A stretch of 64,000 bases of DNA from Bacteroidota bacterium (GTDB lineage Bacteria; Bacteroidota; Rhodothermia; Rhodothermales; Bin80): positions 3,692 through 67,691 of the forward strand of contig JAPPNA010000014.1 in the NCBI GenBank assembly GCA_028873925.1, read 5' to 3'. The notes below the pieces were generated by a model. The model saw only the letters and a list, made by a program, of their open reading frames with translations. It ran no database searches and was not told where the DNA came from. Below are positions 39,064 to 49,624 of this stretch, piece by piece. The first letter of the stretch is position 1; each line of letters begins with the position of its first letter. The position numbers and the translations under genes were made by a program.

Positions 39064-40449
39064 GTGGGCCGAGTCCTCGGCATCCTTGGCGTGCTGATTG
39101 TTGCACTCGCAGCAGCAGGCTGCAATGCAGACTTTGCGGCCCCCCCGACACAGCCCAACATAGTTCTGATCTATGTTGATGATCTGGGGTGGAGTGATGT
39201 TGGCTTCAACGGCAGCCTGTTCTACGAAACACCCCACCTGGATGCACTGGCCCGTGATGGTATCGTGTTCTCCAACGCGTACGCAAACGCCCCGAATTGC
39301 GCTCCAAGCCGCGCATCGCTGATGACCGGTCAATATACACCCCGACACAAGATCTACACCGTAGGCAATCCTGCACGCGGTCAGGAAGGAGACCGGCGTA
39401 TGATTTCACCCGCCAATACGCGAACACTGGCAACCCGGTACGTGACGGTGGCGGAAAAACTGCGCGATGCAGGGTATGCTACCGCCCACATCGGCAAATG
39501 GCACCTGGGAGCAGACGGGTATCTTCCGGAACACCAGGGATTCGATGTAAATGTCGGCGGGTACGCTTCCGGATCTCCGCAGGGCGGCTATTTTCCACCC
39601 TACCGTAACCCCAGCCTATCCGATGGTCCGCCCGAGGAATACCTGACGGATCGCCTGACCGATGAAGCCCTGTCCTTTGTCACTCGCAGCGCCTCTCAAC
39701 CTTTTTTCCTGTATCTCGCGCACTATGCAGTCCATACCCCTATTCAGGCCAAAGCGGCCCTGATTGCGAAATACGAAAGCAGGACCCCTGTTGGAGATCA
39801 ATCCAATGCGACCTATGCCGCCATGATCGAAAGCATGGATCAGAGCGTGGGGCGTGTGCTGGCACACCTCGACTCGCTCGGACTGGGTCCCGACACGGCG
39901 GTGATCTTCTACTCAGACAATGGCGGAGCCATACAGGCCACTTCCAATGCACCGCTGCGCGGCTTCAAGGGTATGCTCTACGAAGGCGGGATCCGCGTGC
40001 CGCTGGCCATCCGCTGGACCGGCAGGATCGCACCTGGACGGGCGGAAAAGACACCCGTGATCGGCTCCGACCTGTATCCGACACTGCTTGAATTCGCAGG
40101 TGCCGCACCACCCGCCCATACGTTGGATGGCATAAGCCTGATGCCGCTACTGGAAGGGTCCGGTCCGGTCGAACGGCGCAGTCTGTTCTGGCATTTCCCA
40201 GCCTACCTTGAAATGCCGAAAGGATTCCCGGGACCCTGGCGGACAACACCTGCAGGAGCAGTCCGGCATGGCAGCTACAAACTGATTGAGTTCTTTGAAG
40301 ATGGCTCGTTGGAGCTGTATAACCTGGCCGACGATCTCGGGGAGACCACTAACCTGGCGGCGCAAGAACCTGAACTGACTCGTGATCTGCACACGCGCCT
40401 GCAAGCCTGGCGGACTTCCATCGGAGCGGATATGCCGGAGCCCAAGTAG
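39064..40449 (+). CDS. Arylsulfatase-family (S1, Cys-type formylglycine) sulfatase, lipoprotein
   Basis: GVLIVALAAAGC lipobox after GTG 39064. PNIVLIYVDDLGW, CAPSRASLMTGQ (CxPxR), GKWHLG. The track start 38866 adds an implausible leader. Confidence 0.88.
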   Translation: MGRVLGILGVLIVALAAAGCNADFAAPPTQPNIVLIYVDDLGWSDVGFNGSLFYETPHLDALARDGIVFSNAYANAPNCAPSRASLMTGQYTPRHKIYTVGNPARGQEGDRRMISPANTRTLATRYVTVAEKLRDAGYATAHIGKWHLGADGYLPEHQGFDVNVGGYASGSPQGGYFPPYRNPSLSDGPPEEYLTDRLTDEALSFVTRSASQPFFLYLAHYAVHTPIQAKAALIAKYESRTPVGDQSNATYAAMIESMDQSVGRVLAHLDSLGLGPDTAVIFYSDNGGAIQATSNAPLRGFKGMLYEGGIRVPLAIRWTGRIAPGRAEKTPVIGSDLYPTLLEFAGAAPPAHTLDGISLMPLLEGSGPVERRSLFWHFPAYLEMPKGFPGPWRTTPAGAVRHGSYKLIEFFEDGSLELYNLADDLGETTNLAAQEPELTRDLHTRLQAWRTSIGADMPEPK

Positions 40450-40575
40450 GCCGGATGGCCAATAGAGCGGGTGCCCAAGCCCATTTTCCACTCTTGAGCC
40501 CATACGGTAATGGCGAAAGCACCTAAATTCACAGGCAGCCATGATGGACTATTGACCTGACTTACCTTGAGCACT

Positions 40576-41544
40576 ATGATCAGCCGGCGGGAATTCCTCA
40601 GATCAGCAGCGGCCGCAGGTAGCGCACTGGCGACTGCTGGCTTGCATCCGGTCCAGGCCCGGGCCCGAATGGAGCGTGTCGGCATCGGCCTCTTTACGAT
40701 CCCGCACTTACTGGAACAGGATTTTGCCGGTACCATGGCCAGACTGGCTGGAATCGGCTATAAGGAAGTTGAACTGTTTGGCCCGTACCCCTACACTGTG
40801 CCTGAAGTGGTGGCCTCCTGGCAGCCCATAGCCGAATCCATCGGCCTCTCCCAGAGCGGCTACTATGGCCATACGCCTGGGCAGGTACGCGCGATCCTGG
40901 ATGCCAATGGCCTTGCCTCTCCCTCAATGCATACCGATCTCGGCACCCTCCAGACCCGTCTGGACGAAGTGGCTGAGGCATCGCATACACTGGGGCACCG
41001 GTACGCCGGGATCGCAGCCATCCCGCCCGAATTAAGGACCAACCTGGATGATTACCGGCAAATTGCCGATACCTTTAATGAAGTAGGCCTGACCATGAAG
41101 GAGGTGGGGCTCAAGTTCCTTTATCACAACCACGGCTACGGACTTGCAGAAATGGACGGCACCATTCCGTTCAATCTGATCCTGGATCGCACGGACCCTG
41201 ATCTGGTCGTGATGGAAATGGATGTTTTCTGGATGACCGCGGGCCGTTCGGATCCGGTGGCCTATCTGGAGGCCTATCCCGAACGGTTCAAGCTCATGCA
41301 CATCAAGGACATGGCTGAACGGGTCCACTTTGAAGGAGATGGCGGCGATCCGTCGCAGTGGATACCACTCTTTCCCAAAATGGCCGATGCCGGTGCCGGC
41401 GTGCTGGATCTGGCAGCCATCCTTGAAGCGGCCGCTAAGGCGGGCGCGGAACACTTCTACCTGGAGCGCGACCTGGCTCCCGATCCCGACCAGACCCTTA
41501 ACGCCAGTTACCAGTTTCTGTCTTCGCTTACTTTTGAATATTGA
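40576..41544 (+). CDS. Tat-exported sugar-phosphate isomerase/epimerase-like (xylose isomerase-like TIM barrel) protein
   Basis: Twin-arginine leader MISRREFLRSAAAAGSALATAG. YKEVELFG, LYHNHGYGLAE, FYLERD pattern of AP-endonuclease-2/TIM-barrel family. Confidence 0.7.
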   Translation: MISRREFLRSAAAAGSALATAGLHPVQARARMERVGIGLFTIPHLLEQDFAGTMARLAGIGYKEVELFGPYPYTVPEVVASWQPIAESIGLSQSGYYGHTPGQVRAILDANGLASPSMHTDLGTLQTRLDEVAEASHTLGHRYAGIAAIPPELRTNLDDYRQIADTFNEVGLTMKEVGLKFLYHNHGYGLAEMDGTIPFNLILDRTDPDLVVMEMDVFWMTAGRSDPVAYLEAYPERFKLMHIKDMAERVHFEGDGGDPSQWIPLFPKMADAGAGVLDLAAILEAAAKAGAEHFYLERDLAPDPDQTLNASYQFLSSLTFEY

Positions 41545-41643
41545 CCGCTGCCGTGCCACCGGCAGGATACTTGGATGCCATGCCTGGTACGACTGGGGGA
41601 GTGGGGGCTGCCATCCGACCCGCTTATAGATTGACCTGTTGTC

Positions 41644-43317
41644 ATGCGATACCTGCTCCGTTTGCGCTTAACGCTGTTTACCGCGAGTCTGGCCTATCTC
41701 TGCTCCTCCGCCTCAGCCCAGCCTGCCCGGCCGGGTCCGGTGGAGGATGGATACCCCAAAAACTGGGACATAGATATGCTGCACTATGCCTTCGCCCTGC
41801 AGCTGTCCGACGATTCAGATGTGATTTACGGACAGACCACCGCTGAAGCACGCTTTCTTGAGGCGGGACAGTCCGCCTTGCGCCTGGATCTGATCGGGGT
41901 CTCTGACGAGCTGGAAGGCAAAGGGATGACCATCAGCCGGGTGCACGAAGAGGGTGCGGACCGGATGTTCCGCCACGAAGATAATCAGCTCTTTATTGCA
42001 CTCGGGCGGGAAATACCTGCGCAGGGAGTGGTCCGTGTCACCATTGAATACCACGGCGTACCCGCGACCGGCCTCCAAATCGCCCCTACCAAACACGGTG
42101 ATCGCTCATTCTTCAGCGACAACTGGTCGTCGCGCGCCAAGAACTGGCTGCCGACTGTGGATCATCCATATGATAAGGCCACCAATGAATTCATCGTCAC
42201 CGCCCCCAATCACTACCAAGTCATTTCCAATGGACTACTGATGGAAGAGACCGACCTGGGCGCGGGCATGCGGCTTACCCACTGGAAAAACAGCGTTCCG
42301 ATTGCCACCTGGCTTTATGTGCTGGGAGTGGCCGAATTCGCGGTCCAGTATGTTGATACCTTTGAGGGCAAATCCATCCAGACCTGGGTCTACAAGCAGG
42401 ATCGGGATGCGGGTTTCTATGATTTTGCGATCCCGACCAAACAGGCCCTGACCTGGCTGTCAGACCTGGTCGGACCGTTCTCCTACGAAAAGCTCGCCAA
42501 TATCCAGTCGAATTCCGTGGGGGGCGGCATGGAAGCCGCTTCAGCCATCTTCTACGGTGACCGGTCGGTGACCGGTACGCGGGATCGGCGCTGGCAGCAC
42601 ATAATCGTCCATGAAATCGCCCATCAATGGTTCGGCAATGCCGTGACTGAATATGAATGGAACGATTTATGGCTCAGCGAGGGGTTCGCCACCTATTACA
42701 CGCTCCTGTTCAGGCTGTACGCTTACGGGAGGGACGATTTTGTGGCCGGACTCAAAGATGCCCGGGATCGCGTGTATGCCTACTATGAGAATGATTATGA
42801 CTTCCGGATTATTCGGCCGCACTTCACCAGCCTCAATGATGTGTCCGGCAGCATGATCTACCAGAAGGGAGCCTGGGTGCTGCATATGCTTCGGGCGCTC
42901 GTCGGTGAAGATGCCTACAATACCGGGGTGCGCAACTACTATGCCGCCTACAAGGATGCCAACGCGTCAACAGCGGATTTTCGGCGGCACATTGAGGAAG
43001 TCTCCGGCATGACCCTGGACTGGTTTTTTGACCAGTGGCTCTATCAGGGCGGCGTGGTGCATCTGGATGGCCACTGGACTGCGCAGGAAGGTGCCTTAAC
43101 AATTTCCCTTCAGCAGACACAGCCCCGATACACCTTCCGAATTACCCCAGGCCTGGACATCATTTACGAGGATGGCTCCACAGAGCGCATCTCAATGGCC
43201 CTGGAGGGGGATCAGCCCGTTACCCATCACATGCCGGTCACCCAGGCGGTTACGGATGTGGTCCTGGACCCTGACACCGAGTTACTGGCCCGCTGGTCAT
43301 TCGTCAGGCGGCCGTGA
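41644..43317 (+). CDS. M1-family aminopeptidase
   Basis: HEIAHQWFGN plus WLSEGFATY (HExxH-x18-E). Signal peptide. Confidence 0.9.
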   Translation: MRYLLRLRLTLFTASLAYLCSSASAQPARPGPVEDGYPKNWDIDMLHYAFALQLSDDSDVIYGQTTAEARFLEAGQSALRLDLIGVSDELEGKGMTISRVHEEGADRMFRHEDNQLFIALGREIPAQGVVRVTIEYHGVPATGLQIAPTKHGDRSFFSDNWSSRAKNWLPTVDHPYDKATNEFIVTAPNHYQVISNGLLMEETDLGAGMRLTHWKNSVPIATWLYVLGVAEFAVQYVDTFEGKSIQTWVYKQDRDAGFYDFAIPTKQALTWLSDLVGPFSYEKLANIQSNSVGGGMEAASAIFYGDRSVTGTRDRRWQHIIVHEIAHQWFGNAVTEYEWNDLWLSEGFATYYTLLFRLYAYGRDDFVAGLKDARDRVYAYYENDYDFRIIRPHFTSLNDVSGSMIYQKGAWVLHMLRALVGEDAYNTGVRNYYAAYKDANASTADFRRHIEEVSGMTLDWFFDQWLYQGGVVHLDGHWTAQEGALTISLQQTQPRYTFRITPGLDIIYEDGSTERISMALEGDQPVTHHMPVTQAVTDVVLDPDTELLARWSFVRRP

Positions 43318-43412
43318 TCATGCAGGTCCCCCGTCGGGACGGCGATCGAAACATGGCTGCAACAGCGGCGGACTTCCGGGTTTGTGCCGCGGTGCAATTC
43401 GGCGGCCGTTCA

Positions 43413-44465
43413 ATGCCTCCCACCCTGAGCGGGTGGCGGATCCTCGTTGTTCTGTGCACGGCCCTGGCAGGCTGCGAGATGGTTACTGGAGAAGAAGAAA
43501 CGGTGCCGGTTTGCTCGGAATCCTATACAGCTAAGACCTTTGATCATCACGTTATCGGCTTTTATCCATCGTACAAGCACGGCGTACTGCCGGTATCCGA
43601 GATTCGCTGGGATCACTTAACGCGAATCATTTACGCCTTTGCCATTCCCCGCTCCGATGGCACGTTGGATGTCAGCGGACTTACGCAGACCGGTCCCCTC
43701 CGGATGGCGGCCCACGCGCATGGCGTAGAGGTCTATGTCTCCATTGGCGGCGGGGGCAGCTCGGGCGGGTTTCCGCTGCTGGCCAGAAGCGCCGACGCAC
43801 GCGGAACCTTCGTGCAGTCCGTCAGCCGCCTGGTTGAGGAGCACTGTCTTGATGGTGTGGACATTGACTGGGAGACATGGACCAAGGATGCCGGCAACAG
43901 ACCGCTGGCATCGGAGATGAATGACTTCAGATTGCTCCTTGAAGAGCTGAATGCCGGGGTCGGGGACGCGGCGATCTCCCTGGATGTGTATCCGAGTCAT
44001 TGGTTTGGCCAACACTATCCAGAGGTCCATCACCTGGTGGATTATGTGCAGGTCATGGCGTACGATTTCTCCGGTCCCTGGTCCGCCCCGGGGCCCCATT
44101 CGTCATTTCAGCAGGCTGTAGGAAGCGGAGCGGGTGCATCGTCAACAGGATTGGCCTACTGGGCGGGTTATCGCAGGTGGCCCAAGACAAAACTCCTGCT
44201 GGGCCTGCCATTCTACGGGCGTAATTTTGATGATAGGGACGGATTCGGCATTGCGTACCGTGACATCGTGGCCCTGGATGCGGACGCACCCGGTCAGGAT
44301 CGCATCGGTAACATCTACTACAACGGTCTGCAGACGATTACCGACAAGACGCAATATGTAGTGGACAACCTGTTTCCCGGGGTGATGATCTGGGAGCTCG
44401 CCCAGGACGTACGCGAGCCGACCCTCAGCCTGCTTGGCGCGATTGATACGATCGCCAATCCCTGA
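43413..44465 (+). CDS. Glycoside hydrolase family 18 (chitinase-like) lipoprotein
   Basis: LCTALAGC lipobox after ATG 43413. Catalytic-type motif LDGVDIDWE (DxxDxDxE). MAYDFSGPW. Confidence 0.85.
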   Translation: MPPTLSGWRILVVLCTALAGCEMVTGEEETVPVCSESYTAKTFDHHVIGFYPSYKHGVLPVSEIRWDHLTRIIYAFAIPRSDGTLDVSGLTQTGPLRMAAHAHGVEVYVSIGGGGSSGGFPLLARSADARGTFVQSVSRLVEEHCLDGVDIDWETWTKDAGNRPLASEMNDFRLLLEELNAGVGDAAISLDVYPSHWFGQHYPEVHHLVDYVQVMAYDFSGPWSAPGPHSSFQQAVGSGAGASSTGLAYWAGYRRWPKTKLLLGLPFYGRNFDDRDGFGIAYRDIVALDADAPGQDRIGNIYYNGLQTITDKTQYVVDNLFPGVMIWELAQDVREPTLSLLGAIDTIANP

Positions 44466-44481
44466 CGCACTCCAACACGGA

Positions 44482-45633
44482 TTACCCCTCTGCCCCTGGC
44501 ATGAGTGATTCCAGGGCATCCAGCAGGCGACTCCAACTGTAGTTGTGCTTCTGCGCCCGGACCCCGGTGGAGAGCTGGGATTCCAGGTTTTCGGCAAAGA
44601 ATCGTGTTACGGCCGCCGCTAAGGCAGCAGGGTCATTGGGGCGGACGACGAGCCCCGCCACCTCGTGCGGAATCAGCTCACCGAGCCCCCCAACATCAGT
44701 CACCACCAGCGGGCGATCAAACTGGTAGGCAATCTGGGCCACACCACTTTGCGTGGCGGACAGGTAGGGCTGCACGACGACATTGGCTGCCGCAAAATAC
44801 TTCGCTACCTGATCTTTCGGAATATAGTGCGCATGGACGATGACGCTGGGGGTCAGGTTCAGGGATGCGATCAAGTCTCGGTACTCGCCTTCATCCTCGT
44901 AAAACTCGCCGGCGACGACTAGCCGGGCATCAGGAAGTTTTTCCAGAATCCGGGGCATGCTCTTCAGCAGCACATGGAGGCCCTTGTAGCGACGGACAAA
45001 TCCGAAAAACAACAGCACCGGAGCCGTGGCCCCCAGCCCCAGTTCCTCGCGGGCGCTCCTGCGGTCGGCCGCATTCCCGAATACGTCATATACCGGGTGA
45101 GGCGCAAAAACCCGCGGCAGGTTCACTTTCAAGCGGTCCAGGTCGCGCTCCACCGCGGACGACATCACCACACACCCGTCCATAGCCCGAAAAAAATACC
45201 GTCCCAACCCATGATCCCCCCATCTGCGCTCGTGCGGCAGCGCGTTATCTACTACGACCAGCTGCTGAATTCCGCGCCTGGCCAGCAATCGGGCCAAACG
45301 CCCGAACACCGGAGCCAGAAACGGAATCCAGTACTTGAAAACCGCCACATCCGGCTGCAGCTGCGCAATGTTCGCCGCGGCTCTTTGCCAGGATAGCGGA
45401 TTGACGGAATCCAGCCACCGCTCTGCAGGCACTACACATTCCGGCTCGGGACCCACTTCAAACTGTGACTGACCGGGAAACAGCAGACGGGGATACTGAC
45501 GCGTAAACGTCACCGCATCCACATGATGACCCCGCTCGCGCAATCCCCAGTACATCGTTTCTAAGAAGTGCGCGATGCCTCCCCGATAAGGATACATCGG
45601 CCCGATCAGCACGATCCGTCGCGACACAGACAT
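44482..45633 (-). CDS. Glycosyltransferase family 4
   Basis: C-terminal Glycos_transf_1 pattern LLFFGFVRRYKGLHVLL..VVAGE..VVQPYLSATQSGV..E. Confidence 0.8.
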   Translation of the reverse strand: MSVSRRIVLIGPMYPYRGGIAHFLETMYWGLRERGHHVDAVTFTRQYPRLLFPGQSQFEVGPEPECVVPAERWLDSVNPLSWQRAAANIAQLQPDVAVFKYWIPFLAPVFGRLARLLARRGIQQLVVVDNALPHERRWGDHGLGRYFFRAMDGCVVMSSAVERDLDRLKVNLPRVFAPHPVYDVFGNAADRRSAREELGLGATAPVLLFFGFVRRYKGLHVLLKSMPRILEKLPDARLVVAGEFYEDEGEYRDLIASLNLTPSVIVHAHYIPKDQVAKYFAAANVVVQPYLSATQSGVAQIAYQFDRPLVVTDVGGLGELIPHEVAGLVVRPNDPAALAAAVTRFFAENLESQLSTGVRAQKHNYSWSRLLDALESLMPGAEG

Positions 45634-45638
45634 GGCGG

Positions 45639-47255
45639 TCAGGCTGCGCCTTCCTGCCAGCCATCGCCGCAGATAAACGACTCAATGCCCAGCTCTTCGA
45701 AGGCGGCCGCCTTTGCAAACAGGGCTGATGTGGCATCCGCACCATGGGGCACATATACCACCTGAATATGATTGGCCTTATGGTGTCCCATCATCTGGTC
45801 CCGGGAAACGCCGTTGAGTACGGCGTGCATGATCGGCCACTGGGGCGTGGTCTGTTCCCATCGGCGTTGTGTTTCTTCCCTGGGCAGATGCACAACCGTA
45901 GCACGCCCGAGGTCGGCCTTAAGACTGTCGTCCGCCACATAAATCCGGCTCCATATGATTTCACCGGGTTTGCTGATCCCCTTGACCGATCCCCCGCCCA
46001 ACCGGAAATACATCGGCGGCTGACGCTCACTTACCGCGCCTGCATATCCACCAATGAAGTGGGCGGGCGGTGCCGCTCCCGAAATCTCAAACACCCACAC
46101 GAACTGATCTTCATACCGCTCCCCCCATCGCAGGTCATGCAGCGTGTTCTCCGGGGGGTACCCCATAGCGGTCCAGAGGCGTTCGGTAATCAGTCCATCC
46201 AGTCCCGCACATTCATCCACCTCGTTGAAGTGCGGCAACGGCCGCGACTCGTACAGGATACGCTGCCCGCTGCGGTCAGATACCGGGGGGCGGTCCGTAT
46301 TGTTGAGCAGCCCTTCCGCAAGATCTGAAGCTGGCAGCAGATCCTTGAGTCCCTGCTGATACTGGATACCGATGGTGTCGCATCCAAAATCGTCCGCAAT
46401 GCGGACCGCTGCGATGTATGTTTTGCACTGATTTAGCACCTGTGACCGGGTCAGCTCCGACGCTTCGTCGGTTCCGAATCTGAATTGCATGTCGCGGTCC
46501 TGGAGCCAGGTCAGACAGGCCTCAGCTTCATCATCAGGGACCTGCAGCGTTTCGTAGTACAAGGCACTCTGACTGAGACGTTCTTTGAACACGCCGGTCC
46601 TGTTGAGCAGGTGGTCGGGGATGATGGCATTGAACATTCCCATGCACCCTTCATCAAAGACCCCCATGATGGGCATCGATGCGGACAGATCCCGCGCAAC
46701 ACGGCGACCGACATCGGCGGCCTGCGCCGGCAGTCGCAAAGACCGGACCGGATGAACATGGCTGTCGTCGTGTCGCACCGGCTGCCCCTGAAGCCACTGC
46801 CCGAGGCGTGCCGTAAAGTAAGGGTCGCCAAACGATTCGCTCCACAGCGAGGTATAGGGCCGGCCGGCCTTGGTCAGAGAGCCGTTCATATTCAGCATGC
46901 CTACCAGTCCGGGCCAGGTGCCGCTCCAGTTGGCCACAGTTAGGACAGGACCCTGGTGTCTCAGCAGTCCGCCCAGCACATGATGCGAATACTGCCATGC
47001 GGCAAACGCTACCACCAGGGGGCTGTCGGGCGGGATCCGGCGGAATACCTCACGCCCCATTTTCTGACTGTCAATAAATCCGTGGGCTTTCACCGGATCC
47101 GGGCGGGCGGGTCTGCGGTGAATACGGAGACATCCCTGCTTATGCATGGCCTCCATAACCTGCTGCTCAACCCTATGCTGCATCTGCCAGCATACGCGAT
47201 TGGCCGACAGGCGAAGGTCTCCGCTGGCAATGAGAGTGGCTGCTGCAAATGACAT
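45639..47255 (-). CDS. L-fucose isomerase-like protein (FucI/AraA superfamily)
   Basis: 538 aa. The C-terminal segment WPIMHAVLNGVSRDQMMGHHKANHIQVVYVPHGAD parallels the WPTTWF..MANWGANHGVLTIGH region of E. coli FucI as I recall it. Context includes fucP and a class II aldolase. Assignment from memory only. Confidence 0.5.
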   Translation of the reverse strand: MSFAAATLIASGDLRLSANRVCWQMQHRVEQQVMEAMHKQGCLRIHRRPARPDPVKAHGFIDSQKMGREVFRRIPPDSPLVVAFAAWQYSHHVLGGLLRHQGPVLTVANWSGTWPGLVGMLNMNGSLTKAGRPYTSLWSESFGDPYFTARLGQWLQGQPVRHDDSHVHPVRSLRLPAQAADVGRRVARDLSASMPIMGVFDEGCMGMFNAIIPDHLLNRTGVFKERLSQSALYYETLQVPDDEAEACLTWLQDRDMQFRFGTDEASELTRSQVLNQCKTYIAAVRIADDFGCDTIGIQYQQGLKDLLPASDLAEGLLNNTDRPPVSDRSGQRILYESRPLPHFNEVDECAGLDGLITERLWTAMGYPPENTLHDLRWGERYEDQFVWVFEISGAAPPAHFIGGYAGAVSERQPPMYFRLGGGSVKGISKPGEIIWSRIYVADDSLKADLGRATVVHLPREETQRRWEQTTPQWPIMHAVLNGVSRDQMMGHHKANHIQVVYVPHGADATSALFAKAAAFEELGIESFICGDGWQEGAA

Positions 47256-47351
47256 GGTCGCGCCGGTTGGTATCCCGGCAAATTATTGAATGCCATCACA
47301 CCCCGCATAGATATGCTGTGGCAATCCTGATCCTGCCGGAATGCCCGGTGC

Positions 47352-48464
47352 TTATCGGGCGCTGATGTGCCAGCCGGATTCGGAAAGCACCACCTCCGCA
47401 TTGAGGGTCGTGGCGAGCACGCTTAGGATCTGCTCCACATCATCGCCGGTAGCAAAGGACCCGGTAACCGGTTCCGCCACCAGCGTTGGCTCAACTGTTA
47501 CCTGAACACCGAATCGCCCCGTCAGCCGCTCGGCCACTTCGGCCATCGGTGTGGCCCGAAAGAACAACATCCCGGTCCATGCCAATGCCTCCACCAGGTC
47601 CCCCGCTTCCGGCGGAGTTGGGGATCCTCCGGCCGCAATCCGACTCATCTGCCCCGCCGTGAGCAAGACCCCCTCATCCGGCGCGTCTTCAGGTGCGACC
47701 TCCACGCGGCCGCTTTCAACGATAACCTCTGTGGAGCCCGCAGTATCCAATACGCCGAAACGTGTACCCACCACGCGGGCTATGGCCTCGTCCGTATGAA
47801 CGACGAAGGGGGTCAGATTGTCAATGACATCAAAAAATCCGCCCCCGATAAGCACTACAGTGCGATCAAACTCAGCTTCTCGGTAACGAATTTCCGCGGG
47901 TCCAACCAGATGTACAGTCGACCCATCCGGCAATTCCATAACCTCCCTGTCTGCTTCAGCCACGGCTACGATGGTTTCGTCGGTATGCTGCCGCAGGAGC
48001 GTCCATGCCAGCAGTCCGACAAATCCGACCACGGCAATGACGGCCGCAATGCGCCAGACGCGTGGCAGAATCCGTTGGATGCGTGGCCGAATCGCCTCGT
48101 CACAGATCTCATTGAACTCATCCCGATCCCGGCCGATGTTCGCAATCAGGCAGGCCAGACCAGGATGGCTCTCACAGGCGGACTCAAATGCAGGACGCGC
48201 CGCCTCAACCCGCGCCTTTTCCTCCTCGGTAAGATCCTGGGGGTGGCCGCTGGCATCCAGCGCGCAGAGTACCAGCAGCTCGTCGTCCGGCAGGCTCTCT
48301 TCCAGTTGTGCCCCGAGTTGCGCCACCATGGCGTTCCAGACTTTAAGGGCACGCACGATTTCCGGCTCGCCTTCAAATTCGCGCGGATCAATCGGGGCCG
48401 GATCTTCACGGGTAAGCCGTTCGCCCAACCGATCTTCCAGATTCATCGTCAGTTCTGCACGCAT
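47352..48464 (-). CDS. FecR-family anti-sigma factor (single TM)
   Basis: Cytoplasmic N-terminus, TM RIAAVIAVVGFVGLLAWTLL, periplasmic FecR-like LPDGSTVHLVGPAEIRY..TRFGV. Adjacent to the ECF sigma gene. Confidence 0.8.
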   Translation of the reverse strand: MRAELTMNLEDRLGERLTREDPAPIDPREFEGEPEIVRALKVWNAMVAQLGAQLEESLPDDELLVLCALDASGHPQDLTEEEKARVEAARPAFESACESHPGLACLIANIGRDRDEFNEICDEAIRPRIQRILPRVWRIAAVIAVVGFVGLLAWTLLRQHTDETIVAVAEADREVMELPDGSTVHLVGPAEIRYREAEFDRTVVLIGGGFFDVIDNLTPFVVHTDEAIARVVGTRFGVLDTAGSTEVIVESGRVEVAPEDAPDEGVLLTAGQMSRIAAGGSPTPPEAGDLVEALAWTGMLFFRATPMAEVAERLTGRFGVQVTVEPTLVAEPVTGSFATGDDVEQILSVLATTLNAEVVLSESGWHISAR

Positions 48465-48505
48465 GACTCCATGTTAGGACGCGGCGAATCGCCAAAAGGT
48501 AACAT

Positions 48506-49039
48506 CTATTCGTTCAGAGATATCCGCAGGGCGGCGAATGCCCGTCTGACCTGCATTTTGACGGCCCCTTCGGACGTGTCCAGGGTCTCGGCGATTTCCC
48601 GGTACTTGTATCCCTGCAACTTCAGCTCAATGATGCACCGGGCGCGGTCAGAAAGCAATTGCAGCGCCCGTTCAATATCCAGCCTCAGTCCGACCGTGTG
48701 ACTGGTGTCCTGCGCTGCTGATTCCGGTGTTTTCTCGGGATCCGGCAATATCTCCTTGGGAGAATACCGTCCCCGATAATAATCGTGCAATTCATAGGAA
48801 GCGGCCTTGAACGCAAACGCTCTGAAGCTCTCAGCCGTACGGATCTTGGGAAGGCCGTTTCTCGTGCGCAGGATGGTGTTCATCACCAGATCATCGACGC
48901 TGAAGGTGTCGGTTAGCCTGCGGCTGAAATACTTCTTCAGCACAGGCTTGAGGCGCACGAGCAGCAGGTTGATTGCCGCCTCCTCTCCACTGCGGGCCCG
49001 GCGGACAAGCTCCGGTGAAAACCTCCTGTCGACCCTCAT
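48506..49039 (-). CDS. ECF-type RNA polymerase sigma-70 family factor
   Basis: 177 aa. Region 2-like FRAFAFKAASYELHDYYR and region 4 HTH LKLQGYKYREIAETLDTSEGAVKMQVRRA. Confidence 0.88.
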   Translation of the reverse strand: MRVDRRFSPELVRRARSGEEAAINLLLVRLKPVLKKYFSRRLTDTFSVDDLVMNTILRTRNGLPKIRTAESFRAFAFKAASYELHDYYRGRYSPKEILPDPEKTPESAAQDTSHTVGLRLDIERALQLLSDRARCIIELKLQGYKYREIAETLDTSEGAVKMQVRRAFAALRISLNE

Positions 49040-49060
49040 GTCTCGATCTCACTCATCCCG

Positions 49061-49546
49061 TCATATGATTTCAAACCTGTTCTCATCCGAATTCTTGCGC
49101 ACGCGCCTCGGATCGAAGACCTGCCCGTTCATGGCCAGATAAACACCTCGTGACAATGACTGCGCCGCCGCCATCGCGAAACCGATATTGAATTCGGCAT
49201 CCGTTGCTCTGAACAGGGCAGGCATGAGGGAGCCGACAAAGACCACCGTCTTATCTGTGATCGGACCCAGGCAGCGGGCGGTGGTGATCATGGTATCGGT
49301 ACCATGCGTGATCACTATCCTGCGCTGCCCGGCGCGGAGCACCCGCTCACGAATACGCGTCCGATCCGTATCGGTCAGGTCCAGACTGTCCTTCTGCAGC
49401 AGAATTTCCACGGTATATGGGGCCAATACGTTGACATTCGCCAATATATTGGTGACTTGCGGCTCGCCTATCCGGTAGCTGCTCCTGGCATCATGATACA
49501 CCTTATCAATGGTGCCGCCGGTCGTCAGGATCAGTATCGGTTCCAT
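49061..49546 (-). CDS. Short asparaginase-domain protein (N-terminal asparaginase/glutaminase domain only)
   Basis: ILILTTGGTIDK and ITHGTDTM catalytic-threonine motifs. About 161 aa from ATG 49546. Confidence 0.7.
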   Translation of the reverse strand: MEPILILTTGGTIDKVYHDARSSYRIGEPQVTNILANVNVLAPYTVEILLQKDSLDLTDTDRTRIRERVLRAGQRRIVITHGTDTMITTARCLGPITDKTVVFVGSLMPALFRATDAEFNIGFAMAAAQSLSRGVYLAMNGQVFDPRRVRKNSDENRFEII

Positions 49547-49624
49547 AATGCTGTGGGCATGTCGCGGGCTTTTACGCCCCAATGGATGGCTCGTTGTTGC
49601 GACCCATCCGGCAGGCACCGCACT

